From the NCBI GenBank assembly GCA_049650345.1, contig JBARZY010000078.1:47830-71829 (forward strand): a DNA stretch of 24,000 nt. Reading direction: 5' to 3'. Under the pieces are notes generated by a model that saw nothing but the letters and a program-made list of their open reading frames with translations, ran no database searches and had not been told where the DNA came from. This document shows positions 9,328 through 18,024 of this stretch, piece by piece (within the stretch, counting starts at the first letter, position 1; the number at the start of each line of letters is the position of its first letter). The DNA is from Glaciecola sp. GTDB taxonomy: Bacteria; Pseudomonadota; Gammaproteobacteria; Enterobacterales; Alteromonadaceae. A program made the translations under genes and the position numbers.

Positions 9328-9447
9328 GCTAACTCGAAAATGCTTAAAGAATACTCGAATTTTACTTAACCCCAAGACGTAAATAAAGCTAAACTATTGT
9401 TTTATATATTTAGATATATCTATAACCGAACAAAGTAAGGCGATTTA

Positions 9448-10044
9448 ATGGGCGACTTGCCAACAAAATCATCACAATTTATACCTATTATAGTGGTGGC
9501 GGTATTAAGTTTGGTGGCATATACCCTGCCCACTTATGTTACAGAATACCTAGACTTCACACGACAAGGTATTGCACAACATCAATGGTGGCGATTGTTA
9601 AGCGCGCACTTTTTGCACACTAATACGTATCATTTGGCTGTCAATCTAGCAGGCCTATTTTTATTATGGTTATTGCACGGCGAGTATTACCGTGCGCGCA
9701 ATTATTTAGCAGTTTTTGTGATTACTAGTTTATTTGTGTCGATATTGGTGTGGCTAGCAAGCCCTCATTTAAATGCGTATGTGGGTTTGTCGGGTGTGTT
9801 ACATGGTGTGTTTGCATGGGGCATAATACAAGATTTCAAACACAAGCGTGTTAGCGCATATTTGTTATTGGCAGGCCTAATCATTAAACTAATTGACGAG
9901 CGCTTCTTCAGCACTAACGATTTTATGGCTAATTTAATCGGTGCCTCCGTGGCGATTGATGCGCATTTATACGGTGCCACTGCGGGCATAATGTTGGGTG
10001 TTTTGCTACCTAGTGTTAGGTTACATAAACCATCAACCATCTAA
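9448..10044 (+). CDS. Rhomboid family intramembrane serine protease, possibly rhombosortase (right copy, identical)
   Basis: This is the mirror of 3519-4115 with an identical translation. Confidence 0.8.
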   Translation: MGDLPTKSSQFIPIIVVAVLSLVAYTLPTYVTEYLDFTRQGIAQHQWWRLLSAHFLHTNTYHLAVNLAGLFLLWLLHGEYYRARNYLAVFVITSLFVSILVWLASPHLNAYVGLSGVLHGVFAWGIIQDFKHKRVSAYLLLAGLIIKLIDERFFSTNDFMANLIGASVAIDAHLYGATAGIMLGVLLPSVRLHKPSTI

Positions 10045-10051
10045 TGCCCAT

Positions 10052-10080
10052 AAAAAAACGCAGTATACACTGCGTTTTTT
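10052..10080. terminator. Bidirectional rho-independent terminator (right copy)
   Basis: This is the mirror of 3483-3511: A7, cgcagt, atac, actgcg, T6. Confidence 0.8.
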
Positions 10081-10090
10081 GTGACGTTTT

Positions 10091-12595
10091 TTATAAATTT
10101 TCTTCAAATAATTTAAATATACGTCTGTATTCATCTAGCCACGAACTTGGCTGTACAAAACCATGTGGCTCTACTGGGTAAATCGCGGTTTCAAAATGCG
10201 GTTTTTCAAGCTCAATAAGACGTTGTACTAACCTAACTACATCTACAAAAAATACGTTATCGTCAACCATGGGCGCGTTGATTAACAATGGCTTGGTTAA
10301 ACCTTCAGCAAAATATATGGGCGAACTGCGCTCGTATGCAATAGGGTCAACATCAGGCGTATTGAGTATGTTTGAAGTATACGGAACGTTATAGTGCGCC
10401 CAATCAGATACCGGGCGTATTGCCGCACCTGCTTGAAATAAATCAGGCTCGGTGAACAACGACATAAAGGTTAAAAAGCCACCATACGATCCACCATAAG
10501 TGCCCACACGCTTTGCATCAACATTCGCATTATTAACTAGCCAATTTACGCCGTCTTTCAAATCCTCTACTTCTGGGGTGCCCATTTGTCGATAAATGGC
10601 GGTGCGCCAATCGCGACCATAGCCTGCAGAAGCTCGGTAATCCATATCAAGTACAACATAGCCTTTACTCACTAAGAAGCTATGGAACATAAATTCTCTG
10701 AAATAACCAGACCAACCTAAATGTGCATTTTGTAAATAGCCCGCACCGTGAGTAAATACCACAGCTTTTTGTTTTTCAGTGCTAGTGGCTGAAGGCGTGT
10801 AAACCCTTGAATAAATAGGTTGTTCAGTATGGCTCGATGCAATGGGCACAATGGTGGGTACAGTCCAATCAATTGATAAAAATGCATCGCTAACGGTGTT
10901 GGTGAGCTGTGTCGGCGGCGCGTTAGTGTTTAAATCTAGGGTATATAATTCTGGTGGCATCGCCAACGATGAGTGAGTTAGCAGTAATTCTTTTTCATTT
11001 GGGCTTAATACAAAATCGGTCATGCCATTTAAATCAGTCAGTGCCGTTGCATCGCCACCTGTTGAAGACACCTGATATATTTCGTAAATGCCTGGGTGTT
11101 TCACATTAGCTTTATAATAAAATTTGGCGTCATCTTGACTCAGTACAACGTCATTTACCACAAAGCGACCTTGGGTAATTGGCGTCAATTTGCCATTTAA
11201 TGCTTTGCTGTACAGATGCGAATAGCCAGACTCTTCGCTGAGTAAATATAAGCGCGCTTGATCATTAAACCAACCAAACTGATTGTAACGATAGTTAACC
11301 CATGCACTGTCATGCAGTCTATGTTGGTTAGTTAAAGCAGGGTTATTTACGTCAACACTTACTATCCAACGGTCTTTGTTATCCCATGCCTCAATCATTA
11401 GCGCTACATATGTGCTTGAATCGTGCCATTTAATAGGAGGCTCGGTTGCATAGCCGTAGTACATTAAGCCAATATCCCGGGGCAAACGGTTCACCGTATA
11501 CGTCTCGCCTTTTGCCTTAGCATTTTCTTGTTTTACCTGTGCTAATACATCTTCGTTGTAGCCCGGTAACGATGCGTAACTTAAAGGCGTGTATGAGCCC
11601 TTGTTAACATCTACAAAATAAAGCTGATGCGACTCGGGCTCAGCATCTGCTACACGCTTGCGAACAGATTGCGATTTAATACGACCATTTTCTTCGATGT
11701 AATCGGGCATAATATCGTTTTCGCTGCGCGTTGGCTTATCTTCACGTGTGGCAATTATGGCGTAGTTACCATTTGGCGACACACTGGCAAATACGGTTTC
11801 ATATCCTTTATTAAAATACAACTGCGTTGCCATAATAGTGTTGTCAGCGCCCTGTTTTTGTTGCTCATAATCAAACCTTGCTTGACGATTATTGCGTTGC
11901 ACTTGAACGTATTTAATTAATTGTTGCTGTTGATCGGCAATATAGTCTGCCGGTGGCGTGAGCCCTTTGGGCGCTTCTGCAAATTGCCACGCAAACAGTT
12001 GAGATTGCACACCTGTGTTAACGTCAATAATATAAAAACTGTTGCCACGTTGAAAGGATACTCCGCTTATACCTCGTTCAGTATTTTCATAAAAAGCTAA
12101 ATTACGAGCAGCATATGCATCTTTAGATAGTTGTTTGATGACCTTACTGGTTTTGTCTTGGACAAACACGTTTCCTTCATATAACCAAGCAACAAACGGA
12201 AGATCGTTATCAGTAATTAATTGACTATGAGAAAGTGCGTGCATCTGTGCAAACGGCACCACTTCGCCATTTCCATTTCCTGCACGCGTTGCATACAAAT
12301 CATTAACCACTGAGCCTTCACGTTTACGTTGATAGGTAATTGTGTCGCCTAAAGGAGAAAAACGAGCTCTCTGAGGCTGGCGACCTAACCAATCTGGATC
12401 TGACATGATCTGTTCAATTGAGAGTTGAATATCAGCAAGCACTTGCGGCGTTGGATTTTCTGTTTGTTGTGTCACTTTTTTAATTACATACGGCGTAGCC
12501 ATTTCTGACTCAGTCTTGCTTGCATTTGTGGTATTACAAGCCGCGACTAAGCATATGCTAGCCACGATGGCACTTATTTTAAGTTGTTTTGACAT
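10091..12595 (-). CDS. S9 family serine peptidase, predicted lipoprotein (right copy, identical)
   Basis: The 834-aa translation is identical to that of 968-3472. Confidence 0.85.
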   Translation of the reverse strand: MSKQLKISAIVASICLVAACNTTNASKTESEMATPYVIKKVTQQTENPTPQVLADIQLSIEQIMSDPDWLGRQPQRARFSPLGDTITYQRKREGSVVNDLYATRAGNGNGEVVPFAQMHALSHSQLITDNDLPFVAWLYEGNVFVQDKTSKVIKQLSKDAYAARNLAFYENTERGISGVSFQRGNSFYIIDVNTGVQSQLFAWQFAEAPKGLTPPADYIADQQQQLIKYVQVQRNNRQARFDYEQQKQGADNTIMATQLYFNKGYETVFASVSPNGNYAIIATREDKPTRSENDIMPDYIEENGRIKSQSVRKRVADAEPESHQLYFVDVNKGSYTPLSYASLPGYNEDVLAQVKQENAKAKGETYTVNRLPRDIGLMYYGYATEPPIKWHDSSTYVALMIEAWDNKDRWIVSVDVNNPALTNQHRLHDSAWVNYRYNQFGWFNDQARLYLLSEESGYSHLYSKALNGKLTPITQGRFVVNDVVLSQDDAKFYYKANVKHPGIYEIYQVSSTGGDATALTDLNGMTDFVLSPNEKELLLTHSSLAMPPELYTLDLNTNAPPTQLTNTVSDAFLSIDWTVPTIVPIASSHTEQPIYSRVYTPSATSTEKQKAVVFTHGAGYLQNAHLGWSGYFREFMFHSFLVSKGYVVLDMDYRASAGYGRDWRTAIYRQMGTPEVEDLKDGVNWLVNNANVDAKRVGTYGGSYGGFLTFMSLFTEPDLFQAGAAIRPVSDWAHYNVPYTSNILNTPDVDPIAYERSSPIYFAEGLTKPLLINAPMVDDNVFFVDVVRLVQRLIELEKPHFETAIYPVEPHGFVQPSSWLDEYRRIFKLFEENL

Positions 12596-12829
12596 ATCTT
12601 CTTTCTTATTAATGTTATGTAAAGAAACTGAATGGCCTCAACGTATTTGTGTATCAATGGTGTGATAACTACGCGATGCACCTGTGTTGTACTGTTACGA
12701 CAAACATCAACCCGAGCATCAGCTTTGATATTTGCGTTTATGCAGTCATACTATCAAGAGCTCGGAATGATCTAAACTACCAAAATCAAATTATTAATGA
12801 CTGAACTCGTTAACTCTACGGAAAAATAC

Positions 12830-13396
12830 ATGAAACGACTATTAATCGCAGCCCTATTACTTGGCACTACTACAATATCTTATGCAAACCAGTGCCCTAG
12901 TTTATTAAAGCATATGAAACGAAAGCTTAACTCACAAGAAGTGGTTAATATGTGTGAAGCCTATGCTGGCAAAGCAGTTTTGTTTGTGAATACTGCTAGT
13001 AAGTGTGGATTTACGCCGCAGTTTGAAGGTCTTGAACAACTATACAGTGACTACAAAGACAAGGGCTTAGTTGTGGTTGGATTCCCATCAAATTCATTTG
13101 CACAAGAATATGACGATGAAACCAAAACGGCTGAGGTATGTGAGCTGACTTATGGCGTAAATTTCCCAATGTTTGAACCTATTTCGGTGCGTAACGATGA
13201 CGTCGATCCGTTGTACGCGCAATTGGCAAGACTTACTGGTAAAACACCGAAGTGGAACTTCAATAAATATCTTATGAGTAAAGACGGCCAAACAGTGACA
13301 CATTACGGCAGTCGCGTTAAGCCACAAGACGAAGACTTTTTAGTGGATATAAATAAAGCGTTGGCATCAGGCGCAAGCGTGGAAGCTGGCAAGTAA
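12830..13396 (+). CDS. Glutathione peroxidase family protein with signal peptide (right copy, identical)
   Basis: This is the mirror of 167-733, with the ATG at 12830. Confidence 0.85.
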   Translation: MKRLLIAALLLGTTTISYANQCPSLLKHMKRKLNSQEVVNMCEAYAGKAVLFVNTASKCGFTPQFEGLEQLYSDYKDKGLVVVGFPSNSFAQEYDDETKTAEVCELTYGVNFPMFEPISVRNDDVDPLYAQLARLTGKTPKWNFNKYLMSKDGQTVTHYGSRVKPQDEDFLVDINKALASGASVEAGK

Positions 13397-13404
13397 GTTA
13401 CTAT

Positions 13405-13431
13405 AAAAAAGCCCCGCTAACAGCGGGGCTT
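13405..13431 (-). terminator. Rho-independent terminator downstream of azoR, in the convergent gap with the gpx-like gene (right copy)
   Basis: This is the mirror of 132-158. The T-tract follows the hairpin on the minus strand, which is the azoR sense strand. Confidence 0.75.
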
Positions 13432-13513
13432 ACATCACACTCAACTAGGAACACGTAACAGCCACATTCAAATTGCCGCCGTTAGTGATAATATATAGTG
13501 CTTACGTGCTACT

Positions 13514-14104
13514 TTAGTTCACTAATTTTTGATTAAATTGATGCCACGCGTCATTGTTGGCCTCTTCACCCATGGCAAGCCCTTCAATATAGTAAAATGT
13601 CACGTTGGTTAAGCCAATAAACGCCAAAAAATCACGTACAAATGTGGTTTGTGAATCCATCGCCGTACCCTCGTATTTACCACCTCGGGCAGCAATAACC
13701 GTGACTTTTTTACCTTCTAACAAACCAATCGGACCGTTTTCAGTGTATTGGAACGTTACGCCAGCACGTGCAATACGGTCAAAGTATGCTTTAAGTGTTG
13801 AGGGTACGCCAAAATTGTACATTGGTATAGCCAAGACAATTTCGTCAGCTTGTTGCACTTGCGCCACATAATTGTCTGAAATTGCCGCTAGGGCTTTTTG
13901 CTCTTCGTCTCGTTGCTCTTCTGCTATGCCCCATGCTTGCATTTCAAGCCCCTGTAAATGAGGAATATTGTCGGCGTGTACATCAACAGACGTAAGTTGA
14001 ATCGTTTCGTTTACTTGTAATGCATCAACATAACGTTGAGCCGCTTTATTGCTATTGCTATTTTCGCCCTGCAGGCTTGAATTAATCACTAATACTTGTT
14101 TCAT
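13514..14104 (-). CDS. azoR: FMN-dependent NADH-azoreductase
   Basis: It is strongly similar to E. coli AzoR, for example PMYNFGVPSTLKAYFDRIARAGVTFQYTENGP.GLL.GKK and an N-terminal MKQVLVINSS. The preferred start is the ATG at 14104, which has GAGG upstream, rather than the GTG at 14119. Confidence 0.88.
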   Translation of the reverse strand: MKQVLVINSSLQGENSNSNKAAQRYVDALQVNETIQLTSVDVHADNIPHLQGLEMQAWGIAEEQRDEEQKALAAISDNYVAQVQQADEIVLAIPMYNFGVPSTLKAYFDRIARAGVTFQYTENGPIGLLEGKKVTVIAARGGKYEGTAMDSQTTFVRDFLAFIGLTNVTFYYIEGLAMGEEANNDAWHQFNQKLVN

Positions 14105-14240
14105 GTTTGTATGCCTCACCTTAGTTAGCTATATTTATTTGTATATAGTGACTTTCATAATAGCCTTATATTTTAGAATAAAAATAGCTAAAATTAGCAC
14201 AAAACAACCTATTAATTAGAACGATTTGCAACACATATAT

Positions 14241-15500
14241 TTAGCTGACAAGGTAGAAGGCTTGTTGCATATCGTCAATAATATCCTCAGCCGCCTCAAT
14301 ACCAATAGACATTCTCACTAAGGTCTCAGAAATCCCCATTTCTTTACGTTGCTTAGGCCCATTTTCATAAAATATGGTAGTGGCAACGGGCAAAATTAAG
14401 GTGCGAGTATCACCTAAATGAGTCGCACTAATAACCAAATCTAGGGCATTGATAAATGCCCGCATGTTGACATGTGGCTCAAGTTCAAAGCTTAATATGC
14501 CGCCAAATTCTCCATTGAATAGGTGTTGCGCACGCTGATGTTGAGGATGGTCAGGCAGTCCAGGGTAATAAACCGTACTGACATGCGCTTGCTGATGCAA
14601 AAACTTGGCAATCGCTAACGCATTTTCACTGGTTTTTTGCATCCGCATGGATAAGGTTTCAAGCCCTACAGAAATAAGATGTGTTGATTGCGGCGCTAGG
14701 GTTGCCCCCATATCACGCAAGCCTTTTTTACGAATTTGAGTAATGCCCCATTGTTCGGATGGTGCGTTTTTGTACACATCAAGTATATTGTCATACTGTT
14801 GCCAATTAAAATTACCCATATCTACTACTACGCCACCAAGCACATTGCCATGACCACCAATATATTTGGTTAACGACGTTGTTAACAAATTAGCGTGGAT
14901 GGTGTTTGCGTCTAGCATTACAGATGGCGTCATGGTGTTGTCTACCACAAACAATAGCTGTAAGCGTTGACACAATTTACCAATGTTAATTAAATCGGCT
15001 ACCTGCGTACCCGGGTTAGCAATGGTTTCACTAAATACCAATTTTGTATTTTCAACAATAACCTGCTCAACCTTGTCAGCACTGCTCACGTCAACGTACG
15101 TCACCTTAATGCCGAAGCGCGTAAGTGAATCGATAAAACTGCGCGTATTGCCAAATAAATACTTACTGACCACAATATGGTCACCCGCTTGCAACAAAGA
15201 AAACATAACCGCACTTATAGCTGCCATGCCTGTTGAAAAGGTGGCCGCAGTCATACCGCCTTCTAATTCGGCAAGTATATTTTGTAACGCCAACGCTGAA
15301 CCTGATGAGCTACGAGAGTATACATGACCGGCTTTTTTGCCTTGAAACACCGCTTCTAAATCAGCCACATCGTCAAATTCAAATAACACTGAATTATTGG
15401 TCGCTTCATGTACCGCGCCGTGTTGGGGTTTGTTAATTAAGCGGTCAGCGTGTACCAGTTGTGACGCAATATTGCGCTGAGCGATTGATTTATTTTTCAC
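14241..15500 (-). CDS. Cys/Met-metabolism PLP-dependent enzyme (cystathionine gamma-synthase / O-acyl-homoserine sulfhydrylase family)
   Basis: The protein is 419 aa. SLTKYIGGHGNVLGG is the PLP-lysine S-x-T-K...GH motif, and YSR...LE.R.A.LEG-like and DNTMTP blocks are present. The start is GTG with AAGGA upstream. The exact substrate cannot be called from sequence. Confidence 0.8.
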   Translation of the reverse strand: MKNKSIAQRNIASQLVHADRLINKPQHGAVHEATNNSVLFEFDDVADLEAVFQGKKAGHVYSRSSSGSALALQNILAELEGGMTAATFSTGMAAISAVMFSLLQAGDHIVVSKYLFGNTRSFIDSLTRFGIKVTYVDVSSADKVEQVIVENTKLVFSETIANPGTQVADLINIGKLCQRLQLLFVVDNTMTPSVMLDANTIHANLLTTSLTKYIGGHGNVLGGVVVDMGNFNWQQYDNILDVYKNAPSEQWGITQIRKKGLRDMGATLAPQSTHLISVGLETLSMRMQKTSENALAIAKFLHQQAHVSTVYYPGLPDHPQHQRAQHLFNGEFGGILSFELEPHVNMRAFINALDLVISATHLGDTRTLILPVATTIFYENGPKQRKEMGISETLVRMSIGIEAAEDIIDDMQQAFYLVS

Positions 15501-15736
15501 TTTTATTCCTTGATAACCAATAAAGCAGATATAAAGAGCTTGAAAACTTGCTTCTTGACTCCTTTAAACACCGTTGCAACACAAAATTTGTACAACGACG
15601 CATACCATTGACCTACAAGTATGAATGTTACCATACAATCGCGCTTTGGTAATTTTCAAGGCTCAGAATAAAACACTATGAATTAGCTTATTTTTGTTGT
15701 TGCAGTATTTGTTGTGTGAATTACACTAGCATCCTT

Positions 15737-16504
15737 ATGTGTATATTGTTTATTGCTGTTAATCAGCACCCTAAATTTCCATTAATAATTGCAGCGAATC
15801 GCGATGAATTTCATCAGCGACCCACTCTTACGTCTCATTTTTGGCCAAGCCATACTGATGTGCTAGCCGGCAAAGACCTTAGTGCTGGTGGCACATGGAT
15901 GGGCATAAACCAAAATGGACGTATTGCCGCACTTACCAACATTCGTGCGCCTGGCAAAGAACGATTAAATGCCATTACTCGCGGCGAATTAGTGACTAAT
16001 TTTCTGACCACACAAACAGACGTTACAGACTATTTAAATACCCTGCAAAACACGCATCTAAAGTATAATGGCTACAACTTGTTATTTGGTGAATTAAACC
16101 AATTACACGTGTACAATAGCTTCGAAAATAAAGCATATAAACTTGATGACGGTGTTTATGGCTTATCGAATGCCAGTTTAAATAGCCCTTGGCCAAAAAT
16201 TGATGCTGGCCGCGATGCACTGGCTAATTATTGTCAACATGCCAATATACTCAGTCGCGAACATTTGTTTGAGCTGCTTAAAAGTCAGCAAGCTGCGCAT
16301 GATGATGAATTACCGAATACTGGCATTCCTATTGAGTGGGAACGCAAATTATCATCAATATTCATTCAAAGTGCTGACTACGGTACACGTTCAAGTACCG
16401 TTTTATTAATAGATAATAACAATCACTGTTTTTGGGAAGAACGCACCTTTAACTCAAATGCAGAAATGACAGACACTAAAGTGTTTGAATTTGACTTAAC
16501 ATAG
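15737..16504 (+). CDS. NRDE family protein (TANGO2/DUF833-like)
   Basis: The N-terminus is MCILF, followed by the family-defining IIAANRDEF motif. I chose the start at ATG-TGT (15737) because the family characteristically begins Met-Cys. The ORF-track GTG at 15716 is an alternative. Neither start has a clear Shine-Dalgarno sequence. Confidence 0.72.
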   Translation: MCILFIAVNQHPKFPLIIAANRDEFHQRPTLTSHFWPSHTDVLAGKDLSAGGTWMGINQNGRIAALTNIRAPGKERLNAITRGELVTNFLTTQTDVTDYLNTLQNTHLKYNGYNLLFGELNQLHVYNSFENKAYKLDDGVYGLSNASLNSPWPKIDAGRDALANYCQHANILSREHLFELLKSQQAAHDDELPNTGIPIEWERKLSSIFIQSADYGTRSSTVLLIDNNNHCFWEERTFNSNAEMTDTKVFEFDLT

Positions 16505-16625
16505 TTGCTTTTTTACCAAATATAAAGCAGCTAGGTTTTATTCAGACCAATGCCACGCAGTGGCATTATGACCAAATGCGATATCGCATTTTATTATTTA
16601 GCTCTTCTAAAAGGAAACATTACTC

Positions 16626-17816
16626 GTGTTTGAAACCTTGCCAGCGCTTGCTCCCGATCCGATCCTTGGTTTATCTGCTGCTTTTAAAAAAGACACTAAC
16701 CCTAACAAAATTGATTTAGGAGTTGGCGTATATAAAGATGAACAGGGCAACACACCTATCTTAGATTCAGTTGCTAGCGCTCAAAAAATTCTATTAGCCA
16801 ACGAAACCTCAAAGGTATATATCACACCTCAAGGTAACCAAGGTTTTATTAATGGCATGCTTGACCTATTACTGGGTAGCCAATCTGTTTTGCTAAAAGA
16901 TTCACGCGTAGCGGCCGTGCAAGCCCCTGGTGGCTGCGGTGCTTTGCGTATATTGGCAGAATTACTGGTTCGTGTTAACAGCAAAACCAAGGTGTGGGTA
17001 AGTGACCCTACGTGGGCAAACCACATTCCATTATTGGGTGATGCTGGCCTTGAACTTCACACTTACCCGTATTTTGACAAAGAAAGCGCGTCAATAAAGT
17101 TTGATGAAATGATGGATTGTTTATCAAACGTCAGTAAAGACGATGTTGTGTTGTTTCATGGCTGTTGCCACAACCCTACCGGCGCTGATTTAAGCAAAGC
17201 GCAGTGGCAAGAAATTGCAAAGTTAGCCAGCAAAGTTGGGTTTTTACCGTTTATTGATACTGCATATCAAGGCTTTGGTGATGGCATAGAAGAAGACGCA
17301 TATGGCTTGCGCTTACTCGCCGAAAGCGTTGATGAAGTTATCGTTGCCGCATCATGCTCTAAAAACTTTGGCCTCTACCGTGAACGCGTTGGTTTAGCTG
17401 CCATTATTTGTAAAGATAGCGCCACAAAAGATATTGCGCAGTCGCAGATTCAATCTGTGGCACGCGGTATCTATTCAATGCCGCCTTCATATGGCGGTGC
17501 TTTAGTCGATATTATTTTGAATACCGACAGTTTGCACAAGCAATGGGTAAATGAAGTTAACGACATGCGCAACCGTATGGCTGATTTACGTGCAATGCTA
17601 GTTAACAACCTACAAGCTCAAGGGGTTGATAAAGACTTTAGCTTTATTAATACACAAAAAGGAATGTTCTCATTTTTATGTATTCCTCCTGAGCAAGTGC
17701 GTTTGTTGCGCAGTGAACATGCGGTTTACTTTGTTGATTCTAGTCGCGTTAACATTGCGGGAATTAACCACAATAATGTTGAAGCACTTGCAAAAGCAAT
17801 CGCCAGTACTTTGTAA
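16626..17816 (+). CDS. aspC: Aspartate/aromatic amino acid aminotransferase (class I, AspC/TyrB type)
   Basis: It is colinear with E. coli AspC: MFE...PDPILGL, LGVGVYKDE.G.TP, FHGCCHNPTG, and SKNFGLYRERVG with the PLP lysine. The start is GTG with AAAGGA upstream. AspC and TyrB specificity cannot be distinguished by eye. Confidence 0.9.
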   Translation: MFETLPALAPDPILGLSAAFKKDTNPNKIDLGVGVYKDEQGNTPILDSVASAQKILLANETSKVYITPQGNQGFINGMLDLLLGSQSVLLKDSRVAAVQAPGGCGALRILAELLVRVNSKTKVWVSDPTWANHIPLLGDAGLELHTYPYFDKESASIKFDEMMDCLSNVSKDDVVLFHGCCHNPTGADLSKAQWQEIAKLASKVGFLPFIDTAYQGFGDGIEEDAYGLRLLAESVDEVIVAASCSKNFGLYRERVGLAAIICKDSATKDIAQSQIQSVARGIYSMPPSYGGALVDIILNTDSLHKQWVNEVNDMRNRMADLRAMLVNNLQAQGVDKDFSFINTQKGMFSFLCIPPEQVRLLRSEHAVYFVDSSRVNIAGINHNNVEALAKAIASTL

Positions 17817-17826
17817 TACTTGTTAT

Positions 17827-17849
17827 CAGAGTGCACCCAGTGCACTCTG
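17827..17849 (+). terminator. Candidate intrinsic terminator after the aminotransferase gene
   Basis: A perfect 10-bp stem cagagtgcac / gtgcactctg with loop cca lies 10 nt after the stop. The downstream sequence (catcttactttgttg) is only moderately T-rich. Confidence 0.5.
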
Positions 17850-18024
17850 CATCTTACTTTGTTGTCACATTTTCTTCATACAACCGTCACCCACTAGTCA
17901 CTAATACTTCACCTTTGCGTAATGCACCTGTTTTACCCTGTTAAAAAATGGTGTTTAGACCTTTTCCGCTATTGCTAATTAGACAAATACTTTTGTATGG
18001 CATAGCACTAAAAATAGGTAAATT

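Larger units (their letters stand above)
6782..13562. repeat. Right arm of the inverted duplication. It is contiguous with the unique flank, since azoR continues intact past 13562.
   Basis: Same evidence as the left arm. Symmetry cannot be assessed beyond 13562 because the partner sequence would lie left of window position 1. Confidence 0.93.

Noticed and set aside
1-13562. Composite transposon or IS element bounded by very long inverted repeats
   Set aside because: No transposase, integrase or recombinase ORF lies anywhere in the arms. The arms consist entirely of housekeeping-type genes, and they abut each other with no unique cargo between them.
1-13562. Ancient paralogous gene families, with two ggt, two S9 peptidases and so on counted as real paralogues
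   Set aside because: Identity extends to intergenic DNA, to terminators and to non-coding antisense ORF translations in every frame. No divergence at all means one recent copying event, biological or artefactual, and not paralogy.
15501-15715. Possible SAM/Met riboswitch or MetJ-type boxes upstream of the Cys/Met PLP enzyme
   Set aside because: I could not recognise any conserved riboswitch helices or repeated AGACGTCT-like boxes by eye. A covariance-model scan would be needed to call one.
16549-16591. Two small hairpins after the NRDE gene: aatgccac-gca-gtggcatt at 16549-16567 and aaatgcgat/atcgcattt at 16574-16591. These are possible terminators.
   Set aside because: The first has no T-tract. 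The second is a short AT-rich stem followed by only a mixed T/A run. This is too weak to annotate confidently, although it may still contribute to termination before the aminotransferase gene.
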